Positions 43,341 through 53,386 of a stretch of DNA of 64,000 nt are shown in pieces (positions within the stretch are counted from its first letter, which is position 1; each line of letters begins with the position of its first letter). Made by a program: the position numbers and the translations under genes. Below the pieces are notes generated by a model that saw only the letters and a list, made by a program, of their open reading frames with translations, made no database searches and was not told the origin of the DNA. The stretch is from Anaeromyxobacter sp. (GTDB lineage: Bacteria; Myxococcota; Myxococcia; Myxococcales; Anaeromyxobacteraceae), in the NCBI GenBank assembly GCA_049840735.1, contig JASGJN010000020.1, positions 768,001-832,000 on the forward strand, written 5' to 3'.

Positions 43341-45083
43341 CTACTTTCGCAGGAAGCCCGTCAGCCTAAATGCTGATGCGTCGCCCTTGTTGATCGTCAC
43401 GGGGAGAGTCTCCACATACGCGCGAAGCTCGGCCTCGCACTCAGGAGCCGATTTCGCCAGGATGATCGCGCCATGAACCCCCTGGACGCGCTTCGACCAC
43501 TCCGCCTGACGCATCGCGCGGATAAGTTCGGTCATCACGATGACTCGGTCGGCTGGCGCAAGTTCCTCCGCTATCCTCGCTGCAGCTGGGGAAGCGACGG
43601 AATCGACCAGCAGTAGAGCGTCGATGGCCTGCCGTACGGCTTCCGTGATCCCGGCGCGCGGGAGCGCGGGCGCCATGACATCGCGGCTCAAGAAGACTGC
43701 CGGCTTCAGGTCAATCTTGTCATCGAACGGAGGATCCATCCCTCGCCACCGCTCGACGAACGCCTCGAACTTCTTCCACTCCGGCGGCAGCTCAGCCTGA
43801 TTCTTATCAGTTGCTGGCGCGAGCACCTCTGTGCCCGTCCCCGTCATGACGATTCGGTAGAGCGCGAGCGTCGCCGCCTCGTCCGTGCCGCGCTCGAACA
43901 CAGCGAGCTTTGCAAGCGTTGCAAGGTCGACGGCCATTCCTCTGCTCGCAGCAAGCTCAGCGCGCAGCATGATCGAGTTCAGAAGTCGCTTCACGATCCG
44001 TGGGTTGCCCTGAATAGCGGGCGCGGACACAAGCATCGGCGCGAGCTGATCGGCAACGCTGAGTTGGTCCAACATGCCACCCGGCTTTCCGGCCAACTCG
44101 TCGATGTCCTTTCTGGTGAACGTCGCGCCTCGCCAGGCGTTCTGAAGCGATGACATCAGTACCGACTGCACGTCCTTGAGCTTGCCAGGAGCCTTCAGCG
44201 AGACAAACAGCGAGAACATGTACGCGCGAAGATCTTCGGGCCCCACCTGCGGCACACGAAGCGGAACTTGGATGACCTTGTCCAAGTAGTCGCGGATGTG
44301 AGGGGCCTCCGGATCGCTGAAATGCTTGGCGACCGAGTGTCGAATCATGCCCTCGTCAGCAGCAATCACAAAGGCCGTTCGCGGCATGAACAAGAACAGG
44401 CGCATAGCCTCCAGCGTGCCGATGGCGACGTCGGGCAGGCATCTGTCCAAGTTGTCGACGAATAGCACAAGAGTTCGGTCCGACTCCTCGAGGACTTCGC
44501 CAAACTCTTTGCGGAACAGGTGAATCTGCTTGGGCGGGGTCTTCTTCTTCTCCGGCTTGATTAAAGCCTGCGCCTGGGACTTTGCCGATGAGGCACCCTG
44601 CTTCAGTGCCTCGTAGTCTGCCGGCTTTCCCTCGCCGGACCCCAGCGCAGCGAGCGAATGGATGGCCGACCCCACCGGGAGAGGCACGCCGGTGGCGACA
44701 CTAGCCCCGAGATCAACCGCAAGCGCAATCGCGCGAAAATAGTTCACTCGCTTCGCGAGCTTGAGCGCCTTCTTGTACAGCGGCGTGTCCTTCTCGAGCT
44801 GAGCGAGCAACTTTGCCGCGACGACCTCCATCAACGCGGCGCGAGCGTCATCAAACCCCTGATACAGCCAAGCATCAAAAGTAATGACGAGCGGCTTCGA
44901 CTTACCCACCGATGACAGCCGCGCCTGAACTAGCTGAAGGACTGTCGACTTCCCCGTCCCCCAGCCTCCGAACACTCCAACCGATATCGGGAGCAGTTCG
45001 GGTTTTGTGACCAGCGCCGCGATCTGGTCGGCGACTTCAGTAAAGTTCAGGAAGTCCTGGTCGGCCTCGCTGTCTCGCCACAT
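43341..45083 (-). CDS. qatA: Qat system KAP-family P-loop ATPase
   Basis: MWRDSEADQDFLNF, GGWGTGKST, FDAWLYQG, VDNLDRC, YLDKVIQVP, GNPR.VKR. Confidence 0.9.
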   Translation of the reverse strand: MWRDSEADQDFLNFTEVADQIAALVTKPELLPISVGVFGGWGTGKSTVLQLVQARLSSVGKSKPLVITFDAWLYQGFDDARAALMEVVAAKLLAQLEKDTPLYKKALKLAKRVNYFRAIALAVDLGASVATGVPLPVGSAIHSLAALGSGEGKPADYEALKQGASSAKSQAQALIKPEKKKTPPKQIHLFRKEFGEVLEESDRTLVLFVDNLDRCLPDVAIGTLEAMRLFLFMPRTAFVIAADEGMIRHSVAKHFSDPEAPHIRDYLDKVIQVPLRVPQVGPEDLRAYMFSLFVSLKAPGKLKDVQSVLMSSLQNAWRGATFTRKDIDELAGKPGGMLDQLSVADQLAPMLVSAPAIQGNPRIVKRLLNSIMLRAELAASRGMAVDLATLAKLAVFERGTDEAATLALYRIVMTGTGTEVLAPATDKNQAELPPEWKKFEAFVERWRGMDPPFDDKIDLKPAVFLSRDVMAPALPRAGITEAVRQAIDALLLVDSVASPAAARIAEELAPADRVIVMTELIRAMRQAEWSKRVQGVHGAIILAKSAPECEAELRAYVETLPVTINKGDASAFRLTGFLRK

Positions 45084-45384
45084 GGTCGGTGAACGTAGCA
45101 CGCAGCGTCGACATCAAGCACAACTGTGTATGCGACAGGGTGTCGTGATCTCGGCGGATGGGCGACAGCACCCCGCCACACCTTCATTCACGGTAAGATC
45201 GAACCGCAGCAACGATGCCGCTGCGGTTCACGCCCACTCGGTCACTGGCCGCATCCGCCCGGCTCCAAGGCCGCAATCGATTTCCCGGCGCCTCCACCAC
45301 TCAACTACCGGAGAACATAGGGGCCCGCGCAAGCGAGCTTCTTCGTGTCCCCCACGTCTCTCCCGTCCTCTCCGTCTCCTGTTC

Positions 45385-45610
45385 GCCGGCGATCGAGGAG
45401 CCGGATCGCGGCGTCCTTCGCCCCAGGCAACAGGATGCATGCAGCGCATCGTCTTCGTCAGGTTGGGGCGCCCCGCCAGTTCCTGAATCGCCTCCGCGGG
45501 CGGGCCATGCATCGCGAGGCGCCACCAGAACGAGTGGCGCAGGACGTGGACCCGCCTTTCACCGGCAGCGCTGCCTGGCGCTGCGCCTGTTCCATCCAGC
45601 GACAGACGAG
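45385..45610 (-). pseudogene. Tyrosine integrase C-terminal remnant
   Basis: Minus strand VHVLRHSF.WRLAM.G.P.EAIQELAGR.NLTKTMRCMH...KDAAIRLLD (HxLRH intact; catalytic His and Tyr positions decayed). Confidence 0.65.
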
Positions 45611-45638
45611 CGTGTTCGTCGGTGCGGAACTGTTGATG

Positions 45639-45923
45639 CTAGCGGCGGAAAATGCCGTTCGGATCGTTCACGACCCGGCCGCTGGAGTCTCGTTCAACGC
45701 CGACCATACGATCGAACACGGCGCGCATCTCCGGAGGAAGCGCCTCCTTCTTCTTCCTCTCGTCGGCCACGTGGAACCGCCAGCCTAAAAAGAACGCGAC
45801 GCCTAGCGTGCCGACGCCGCCGATCGCGGCCCACAACACTGAGAACACGCTGTCAGTTGCGTATCCGCCGGCGAAGCCGCCGAGCACCGCCCCTACGAGC
45901 AACGTGATGACCACCGGTCCCAT
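45639..45923 (-). CDS. Small two-TM membrane protein
   Basis: Two hydrophobic segments; GGAGG RBS. Confidence 0.6.
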   Translation of the reverse strand: MGPVVITLLVGAVLGGFAGGYATDSVFSVLWAAIGGVGTLGVAFFLGWRFHVADERKKKEALPPEMRAVFDRMVGVERDSSGRVVNDPNGIFRR

Positions 45924-46050
45924 TTGCGCCTCCCCTGTCTCTCAGATGATATCACCAGCATACCAGCCGATCGGACACGAACACATGACGTGCGACATCG
46001 TTCGTGCGCTAATATTCCGGGCCGAACGCAGTCGTACTCCGGGGGTGAGG

Positions 46051-47403
46051 ATGGCTGACGCGCCGATTCACGAGTTCGAGAAGGTTCGGTTCTTCGCGGA
46101 GCACCTCGAGACCAAGGGCCAGCGAGTTGAGTATTCGCGGATCCGCTCCCTCGACTTCGCGCGCATCACGCAGAATTCGTCCGGCCAGGCGCACCACCAG
46201 ACGATCCTTCTGGTCGAACTTACGGACGGGTCGAAGCCTGTCGAATTCTCGGTGGTCCCGAACCGCTCGATCTTCGGGGGAGACGACTACGACGCGCGAG
46301 CCGGCGCGCTCGACGCGCTCCATACTTTCCTGGCTCGCGCGACCTATGACCAGCGACTCCGGTATTACCTCACGGAGCTAAGCGAACGCGGGTACTTCAC
46401 GTACGGCGACAAGCGATTCCATCCTGACGGAACTGTCGCGCTCGAGAACGGCCGCACGGTCTCCGTCACCGAGCACGCGCTCTCGGTTCAGCCCCACAGC
46501 ATCACGATCGAGATACCGGCGGCCAAGAAGGGACTTCAGCGATTCAAGGACTTTTGGGACTCACCAAGAGTCCAGATCCTCGCGTTCACGAACAACGACT
46601 GCATGATGGCGCTTCTCAAGCTCGTCTACGGCATCCAGTGGTTCAAGATGGATGACCTCCGGTTCGGGGCAACGAGTTTGCGAAAGCCCGGCGAGACCAC
46701 CAGGCCACCTGACCACGTACTCTTCAGCTCACCGGCACCGAGGAACCGTTCTGGGTCCGAGGCCGCTACTGATTTCCGAAACGTTGACTCAGAGCGGGTG
46801 CTCGACGCCTGCAAGGCGATGGCCGCGCACCTCGCTGACTTCGCCGCTCCACGAGTTCAGGCCTCGAAGCTGCAGTGGGGGTTCGGGTACCAGATGCTCG
46901 ACGTGAAGAGCCCCGAGGCCGTCCAGGCTTTCGCGAAGTGCCTGCCCGAATCGGCATTCCTCGGTTACTCCTTCGGCGTGCTGTGTATGCTCGCCTGCGT
47001 TCACCTGCCGGCATTCCCGGGGACCGAGGGGTATCAGAAGGCGCGAACCCTCGTCGGGACGGAACTGTGGTACCGGATGCTCGACGGGCTTCCGAAGCTC
47101 GTCCATACAGCCATGGGCGAGAAGCTGACGGAGATGATGGTTCGCACAGCCATCGCGGAGATCGACGCGGCGTTCAAGAACGTTCAGGAGTGTGCCGGCC
47201 TCATGAACGCGCATGCGGACAACCCGCTCGCGCCTCTGCAACGGGCACTCGCGAAGCGCACGGGCCTTTGGGTAGCGGACGACGCGGTAAACCTCGACCG
47301 GTCGCTCCACGACGAAACCAAGAACCTACTCGCACTGGGTGCTGGCGTCCTGGGGGTCCCGGTGAGCCCCTCGGCAGCGAAGTCGGCCAGCTTCGGCCGT
47401 TAG
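46051..47403 (+). CDS. Hypothetical protein
   Basis: 450-codon ORF with natural composition; RBS before MADAPIHEF; stop overlaps the convergent gene. Confidence 0.7.
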   Translation: MADAPIHEFEKVRFFAEHLETKGQRVEYSRIRSLDFARITQNSSGQAHHQTILLVELTDGSKPVEFSVVPNRSIFGGDDYDARAGALDALHTFLARATYDQRLRYYLTELSERGYFTYGDKRFHPDGTVALENGRTVSVTEHALSVQPHSITIEIPAAKKGLQRFKDFWDSPRVQILAFTNNDCMMALLKLVYGIQWFKMDDLRFGATSLRKPGETTRPPDHVLFSSPAPRNRSGSEAATDFRNVDSERVLDACKAMAAHLADFAAPRVQASKLQWGFGYQMLDVKSPEAVQAFAKCLPESAFLGYSFGVLCMLACVHLPAFPGTEGYQKARTLVGTELWYRMLDGLPKLVHTAMGEKLTEMMVRTAIAEIDAAFKNVQECAGLMNAHADNPLAPLQRALAKRTGLWVADDAVNLDRSLHDETKNLLALGAGVLGVPVSPSAAKSASFGR

Positions 47404-48032
47404 TAGAAGCGGAGACGTGCTTCCCACTGCAGCGCGGAAGCACGGTCAGATGCTTCCCTCCGAACGGCTTCAAGCGCCCCGGGCCGGTAACGGTAGCTCG
47501 AGCACCGACTGTTGTAATCCTGGACGTACCTGTTGAACGTATCAACCCGGCCATTGTTGGTCACCAGCGGCTTCATGTATCCGATCCGCTCGTCCTCGAA
47601 GATGCAGTAGCGGAGTTCGCTTATCGAGAGTGACCTCCCAGACCCGACGGGCGGCTTCGTTTCCGTGGAATCCGACCTACCGTACGAGGATCGCACCCCG
47701 TCCCCGGAGTTCCCAGAAGAACTCGCCGGAGACGAGTACGACGCGCTGCCGGAGCTCGCGGTGTATCGGCTCGGTTTTGTGCTCGCCGTGTCGCACATCC
47801 AGACCAAAGCCGCGATACCCCCAACGACCCACACCTTGGCAGGGATCGCGCCAAGCAGTGCTGCCAGCCCCCCAGAGCCGTTCGCTGCGGGTCGCGGGGA
47901 TGGGGCCGGGGTCCGCGGTATCGGAGGCGGCGGTGCGCGGGCGGCCCGCTCTGCCGCATCCACGTCAGCAGCAACGTCGGACACCAGGTCAGCGAGCCCA
48001 GAGAAGCCAACGGGATCCGAGGAGCCGCTCAT
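47400..48032 (-). CDS. Single-pass membrane protein with a two-Cys extracytoplasmic domain
   Basis: Pro-rich linker, TM (VWVVGGIAALVW), Ser-rich linker, ETKPPVG...ELRYC...FNRYVQDYNSRC. Confidence 0.7.
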   Translation of the reverse strand: MSGSSDPVGFSGLADLVSDVAADVDAAERAARAPPPPIPRTPAPSPRPAANGSGGLAALLGAIPAKVWVVGGIAALVWMCDTASTKPSRYTASSGSASYSSPASSSGNSGDGVRSSYGRSDSTETKPPVGSGRSLSISELRYCIFEDERIGYMKPLVTNNGRVDTFNRYVQDYNSRCSSYRYRPGALEAVRREASDRASALQWEARLRFY

Positions 48033-48036
48033 GAGG

Positions 48037-49098
48037 TCACCTCAACTTCCCTTGCCGCATGAGTTCCGCGAGCAACGCCGCGTTCGAAGGCACGTTCGCC
48101 ATCCTGTCCAGGGTTGCGATGTCGTTGTCTAGGAACTCGACGACGCGGGGGACCTCGGCGAAGACGGCGCGGAGCATCGAGGTCAGCCTCCGAGCGGCCC
48201 ATAGCATCGCATGCTCGTTATGTAGATCGACGGCTGTCGAGCGAACCCGGTTGACGAGCTGGATGCTCGGGGTGTGATCGATCCCCCTCGCCATCGCACT
48301 GAGCTGGATCGGTTGCGCCACCGCGTCCCAGTTTCGTACCACCTGCTCGATGCGTTCGATGAGACGATCGAGGGTTGCCCGCTGTGCTCCCTTCTTCGCC
48401 GCCGAAGTGAGAGCGCCGAGTAGCTGGCCGACGGCCACTGACTCGAGTTCCAGGAACCGCGCCGCATCAACCTCGTACGAGTCAACGAACTGGTCGACGA
48501 GCAACGGCGCATGCTGGCGCCCCTTGCCGGTCGTGCGGTCCACAATCGCGGTCACCGTCTCTACGAGTTGACGGGTCGGCATGCGGTCGAGCGCGGTGCG
48601 CACCGCAGCTACATAGAACCTGCGCTGTTCTGCGATCGCCTCCTCAACGAGGTCCTGCTGCAGAACCTCGGGCATCTCCGCCGCGGCGCGGTCCTCGTTG
48701 ATTGCGTCGAACACCTCCTCAGGATCCGTCTCGTCGTGAGCGGTGGCGAGCGTGACGATCCATTCGACGGCAGCCCCCACGGGCATGGAAGTCGTGGTGA
48801 TCGCCAGAGCAGACGCCGCAAGATTCGCCATCGCCAACGGAGGCAAGCCGTTCGCGCGGACAGCGGAAGCGGTGGCCAGATCGCGGACTAGGTTCGTGCA
48901 ACTCTCTGGATCCACCCCCGGTAGCCAGCTCACCTCAACCGAAACACGCTGCCTCGGGTTGGTGAGATCCGCACGCGCCTTTGCGCACACGTCGGAGTCC
49001 ATCATCAGCGCGCGGTCCTCGGCGAGCTGCATGATGCGGCGGCGACTGTCTCTGGTAGTGGCACCGAGGAGGTGGAAGGGGTTCTCGCGTAGGTTCAT
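48037..49098 (-). CDS. Helical protein with J-domain-like N-terminus (no HPD)
   Basis: NPFHLLGA...AKARADLTNPRQR resembles the first and last helices of J domains. Confidence 0.55.
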   Translation of the reverse strand: MNLRENPFHLLGATTRDSRRRIMQLAEDRALMMDSDVCAKARADLTNPRQRVSVEVSWLPGVDPESCTNLVRDLATASAVRANGLPPLAMANLAASALAITTTSMPVGAAVEWIVTLATAHDETDPEEVFDAINEDRAAAEMPEVLQQDLVEEAIAEQRRFYVAAVRTALDRMPTRQLVETVTAIVDRTTGKGRQHAPLLVDQFVDSYEVDAARFLELESVAVGQLLGALTSAAKKGAQRATLDRLIERIEQVVRNWDAVAQPIQLSAMARGIDHTPSIQLVNRVRSTAVDLHNEHAMLWAARRLTSMLRAVFAEVPRVVEFLDNDIATLDRMANVPSNAALLAELMRQGKLR

Positions 49099-50535
49099 GG
49101 CGTCCTGAAGCCGATGGCCGTGGGCTTCGCGTCTTCCTTCGAACGAGATGGAGCGGACTCGAGCGCCGCCTCCAAGCTGCGGAGGTCGATGGTATCGAGG
49201 CCCCGCTTGGCTGCGAGTCTCGCGCCCTCCCGCACCACGAACGCCACATCCGAAAGCGGTCGGCCGACGAGCTTCACCGCAAGAGTTGTGACGTCGACCG
49301 CAATGCCACCTGGGATCCGGGACAGAACACTCGACAGTAGCGACCGGACCTCCAACTCACCTGGCATCCCGACTTCGATGACGTGGTCGAACCTGCCGCG
49401 GCGCAAAATCGCGGGGTCGATCATCTCGATCCTGTTCGTCATCCCGATGACCAGGACGCGGTTCTCGACAGCTTCAGGCATGCGGCGGAGAAACTCCGCA
49501 ACCTCTTCAACGTGATGAAGCCCCTGCCCACCGCCCGCCTGTCGATCCGACAGGAACGACTCCATCTCATCGATCACGATAACCGAGGGCGACGCCTTGA
49601 TCGCGTCGTCGAAGACCTTCGCGATCTTCCTGCCGGTTTCGTGGATGTACGGGCTGCCGATGGTGCTCGAATCGACGGAGAAGCTAGGCCAGCCGAGGTA
49701 CTCGATCAGCCGCTCGATCGCGAACGTCTTTCCCGATCCAGGTGGGCCGTACAACGCAACCGGCGCCGGGAACTGAAGCCCCAGCGGGGCGTAGCGACTC
49801 TCGTTGTCAATCAGGTCGATGACGTGTTCGAGGAAAAAGTTCTCGAGCGCAGCGCGTCCTGGCAGCGTGAATGGCTGACGGGACGGAGAACCGGTGGGGC
49901 CAGCCTTGGGCTGCTTCCCACCACCCTCCGAGCCGGCGTTCACGAGGGTACCGCCGGCGCCGGGAACTGTGTCGGCAGCAGCGAAGCCCGCCGCATCAAG
50001 AACGCTCTTCAAGTCAGGGGTAGTCAGTCGTCCGACTAGCGAGACTAGTCGTCTGAACGACGTCGTCGAGACCCGAACTCCGCCGGTCAGCCACATCCCG
50101 AGCACTACGTCATCCGATAGCGCTGGGGCGAGGGACCAGGTCGGCAGCAGCCGCGAGATCCGCTCCACGTAGAGAGCGTCATGCAGCGGCGCATCCCGCG
50201 TGATGCGACGTGTCTCGTAAAAGGCGATGGCGAAGCTCATCGCCTCGGCCTTGTTCCACGGCCCTCGGGACTCCACTACGGGGCACACCACCTGATTTGC
50301 TGAACTCTCGAAGAAGGCGATCTGCTCGCCGGCAAACGATACGTAGCGAGGCGCAACTTGATCGAGCAGCCTTGCATCGGTCCATCGCTGCAGTAGTGCC
50401 TTCCGGACAACCAGCGCGCGTCCGCCTGAGCTTGTCTCGTACACCTGCCACCCGGGGCCCTCGAAGAGGGCCCGGCGAGACGTGTTGCCCTGTTCCAGCC
50501 GAAACCCTGAAGGCAACCAAGGATTCGATGGCCAT
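49095..50535 (-). CDS. AAA+ ATPase (classic clade) with N-terminal domain; likely +1 frameshift near 50520
   Basis: GPPGSGKT, VIVIDEME, TNRIEMIDPAILRRGRFD; ATG at 50535 overlaps the Hsp70 stop and gives MAIESWLPSG if one T is removed. Confidence 0.85.
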
Positions 50536-53033
50536 CAGCCCCTCAGGATGTTCGCGGCCTCGAACATGTCCCCACTCCTCGCGCCACTGATCCGAATCCG
50601 CGCGAGCCCCTGGACCACTTCTCGGAGTCGGTCGATTTGGTCCCCCTGCAGTGCGGCAACGCCTGCCTGGACCAGCTCAGCGAACCGCCTCCTGTCCAGG
50701 AAGTCATCCGGGGAGTCAACCATCGACTTGAACCGCCCGACGACGAACCAGTCCTGCCGCCACAGAATCTCGAATCCGCGTCCCCTCACCTCGTCGATGA
50801 TGTTCTCGAAGTCCTTGTCGCGCGTATCCACGGCCCTCTGAGCGGTCAGGAAGAGCGCATCGACAGCCTTGATCTCGGCAGGCCGCGCGTGAGGTCTGAT
50901 GAGCTTGTCAAACGAGGCCGTCAGCTCATCGAGCTCGATCTGCCGGATCTCCCTCGAGTGTTCCATTCGGACATCCGCGAGGAGCTTCTTGGCCTCAAGC
51001 ACGTCGTCGCGGGCTTGCTTCGCTGTCTCGGGATCTTGCTCTGCCGGCCTGAGCGCTGCTGCTGCCGACAGCTTCTCGCGCGCCTCGTCAATCTTGGGAT
51101 TGTCGATACGTTCGGCGAGCTTGTCGAGCCGCTCGTTCGCTTCCTCGACGTCCCTCACGATCTTCGCACCGGCCGCCGTGAAATCGACTTGCCCGTCCTG
51201 TCGCGAGTAGTAGTTCCGCCCCGAGTGAAACGAGGCACCGATCCGGGGGACCGAGACTTCGAGCGTGATGAGCCCACTGTCCGTGATCTCGTACTCGCAT
51301 ACGAGATCATCACCTGCGGCGATGACTCCGTCCTCGAAGTCCGTCCCGACGATCTTCATCGAGCCGACGAACTCGTTGTCATGGATGACATCCTTGATTT
51401 CGCCTTCCCAGAGTTTGATGTTGATCGAGCCGGAGGTCTGCGCTCGAAGCGACTCCCCCGCCTTGAATTGGGCCTTCCCTTTCTTCGGGAGTGGGTCGCC
51501 CTGCTTCAGCAGGTACTCCGAAACCGAGCGGCCTCCCATCTTGTCCAGAGCCTCGACGAAGACTGAGTGAGACGCCGGGATTGCGTCGATCGTCGCCGCC
51601 GTTCGAGCGATGACGATTCGGTTGGACTCGAGCGGTATCGATGCCCCGCTCGAATCGAACGCGAACACCTTGAACTGATGCTCTCCCTGCACTGGGAGCT
51701 GCAACTCGACGGCGGTACCGTCCGACAACGGGAGACGGCCGGAGGTCCAGCCCGTGTCGAGGCTGTCGACCTGGAACTCGGCGCCGACCGGACGGGGGCC
51801 CTCGACCTTCGCCACGACTCGAGCTTTTGCTTGCGTGGTCCTCGCGTTGAAGACGAAGGAGACCTTAACCAGCCCGGTGGCTGCGACCGACCCCTTAGAA
51901 CCCTTGCGGCTTCGGCTGGACGAGCTCCAGTCGATCGACTCGGCGAAGACCGCAGCGCCCTCCGCGACCGCGGTCATCGGGTTCACTTCCGTGCTCCCGC
52001 GGACCCCAAGCTCCTCGCAGACCCTGTCTCGCAGAGGCTTGTATTGGGTAGGACCACCGACAAATACGACCCCCCGTTTGACATCCTCCGCGCGGAAGCC
52101 CGACCTCGCCAGGGTCTCCTTCGTGGCCCGGATCGAATCGTCCACCTTTTGCGAGATGAGCCGGTCGTACTGCTGCCGCGAGATCTCGACCTCGAAGTAG
52201 ACGTCAGAACCGGAACGATCCTTGACTGCGACCTCCCGCTCGTCGAGTCGCACCACGGCGGTTTCGTTCGCGGACAGCTCGATCTTGGCCCTTTCTGTCG
52301 CCCAAGTGGCGACCTGCACCAGCTTGCGCCAAGCCGGGTCTTCAAGAAGCGCGTCCGGCAGATCGAAGTTGGAACGCAACCAGGGAGCGACAACGTCAGT
52401 AACGAGTGCCCGGTCGAAGTCGCGCCCGCCGCACATGGCGATGCCGCCGTGCGCGTGAAGCGTGACGCGGCCGCCGATGCTCTCCGCGATGGCGATGTCG
52501 AGCGTGCCGCCACCCAGGTCGTAGATGACGAAGATGCCGTCGTCGCGGTTCCCCCGCATGACGCTCATGACGGCTGCGACGGGCTCCTGCATGAGCGCGA
52601 CCTTCCCCAACTCTGCGAGTTCGGCCGCCTGGAGAGTCGCGTCCTTCTGCATCTGGCTGAACGCAGCAGGGACAGTGATCACGGTCCCTGTTTCAGGAGC
52701 CCGCCGGACCTCCTCGGGAAGGTAACCAAACAGGGTCCGGAGGATCTCCGCGGAACACTGCTCCGGGGAAAGCGTCAGGCCGGCAGCCGGCAGGGAGATT
52801 GGCGTTCCCGTACCCATCAGTCGCTTGAATCGCAGTGCCGCTGCGTCCTCGTACTTCGGTGCGCTGTCGTAGGCGCGGATGCCGACGAGACGGCCGCCGC
52901 GCTTCTGGTACAGGAGCGCGGAAGGCGTTACGTCGTTCTGCTCCGGACTCTTCCACAGCCGCACAGCCTTACCGTCGAATGTCGCGATCGCGCTGTTCGT
53001 TGTCCCGAGGTCGATTCCGACGTAGTGCCTCAT
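50535..53033 (-). CDS. Hsp70-family protein (non-canonical, ~830 aa)
   Basis: VGIDLGTTNS, VITVPAAF, QEPVAA, YDLGGGTLD, GGRDFD, AKIELS, FVGG, AVAEGAA; extra insertion before the SBD-like region. Confidence 0.92.
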   Translation of the reverse strand: MRHYVGIDLGTTNSAIATFDGKAVRLWKSPEQNDVTPSALLYQKRGGRLVGIRAYDSAPKYEDAAALRFKRLMGTGTPISLPAAGLTLSPEQCSAEILRTLFGYLPEEVRRAPETGTVITVPAAFSQMQKDATLQAAELAELGKVALMQEPVAAVMSVMRGNRDDGIFVIYDLGGGTLDIAIAESIGGRVTLHAHGGIAMCGGRDFDRALVTDVVAPWLRSNFDLPDALLEDPAWRKLVQVATWATERAKIELSANETAVVRLDEREVAVKDRSGSDVYFEVEISRQQYDRLISQKVDDSIRATKETLARSGFRAEDVKRGVVFVGGPTQYKPLRDRVCEELGVRGSTEVNPMTAVAEGAAVFAESIDWSSSSRSRKGSKGSVAATGLVKVSFVFNARTTQAKARVVAKVEGPRPVGAEFQVDSLDTGWTSGRLPLSDGTAVELQLPVQGEHQFKVFAFDSSGASIPLESNRIVIARTAATIDAIPASHSVFVEALDKMGGRSVSEYLLKQGDPLPKKGKAQFKAGESLRAQTSGSINIKLWEGEIKDVIHDNEFVGSMKIVGTDFEDGVIAAGDDLVCEYEITDSGLITLEVSVPRIGASFHSGRNYYSRQDGQVDFTAAGAKIVRDVEEANERLDKLAERIDNPKIDEAREKLSAAAALRPAEQDPETAKQARDDVLEAKKLLADVRMEHSREIRQIELDELTASFDKLIRPHARPAEIKAVDALFLTAQRAVDTRDKDFENIIDEVRGRGFEILWRQDWFVVGRFKSMVDSPDDFLDRRRFAELVQAGVAALQGDQIDRLREVVQGLARIRISGARSGDMFEAANILRG

Positions 53034-53386
53034 GCATTCGCCTTCCGAAGGAGCACGGTTCCTGCCCGAACGAGCTGGCTCTCGCCCATGAGGATGGGCT
53101 CGAGCATCTGGTCGATGACGAGTGCATCGTCGGCCGCGAAGTCTCCGAGGTTCAGCGGAGTGACGGCGGCCCCGGGATCGAACGGTTGGTTCTCGACGTT
53201 TACGAGCCGCAACCCTGCGGCATCGAGCGATTCCGTCAGCTTCTTGACGTACCACCGCAACTGGCTCTCGTAGCGAGCCTTCTCGCCGGCATCGAGCCTG
53301 GCGAGCATTCTCACGAACACTCGCGTGAAGCGCCAGGACTCGACAGCCATGTCGATGAGCGCCTTGCGTTCGTTCGAATCGTTCAT
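53030..53386 (-). CDS. Short GrpE-like protein
   Basis: Helical N-terminus, then GLRLVNVENQPFDP...LEPILM...LVRAGTVLL resembling the GrpE head; ATGA overlap with Hsp70. Confidence 0.6.
   Translation of the reverse strand: MNDSNERKALIDMAVESWRFTRVFVRMLARLDAGEKARYESQLRWYVKKLTESLDAAGLRLVNVENQPFDPGAAVTPLNLGDFAADDALVIDQMLEPILMGESQLVRAGTVLLRKANA

Noticed and set aside
50535..53033. Housekeeping dnaK
   Set aside because: Much longer and divergent in the substrate-binding region, lower GC, located in a mobile element and without canonical dnaJ/hrcA.
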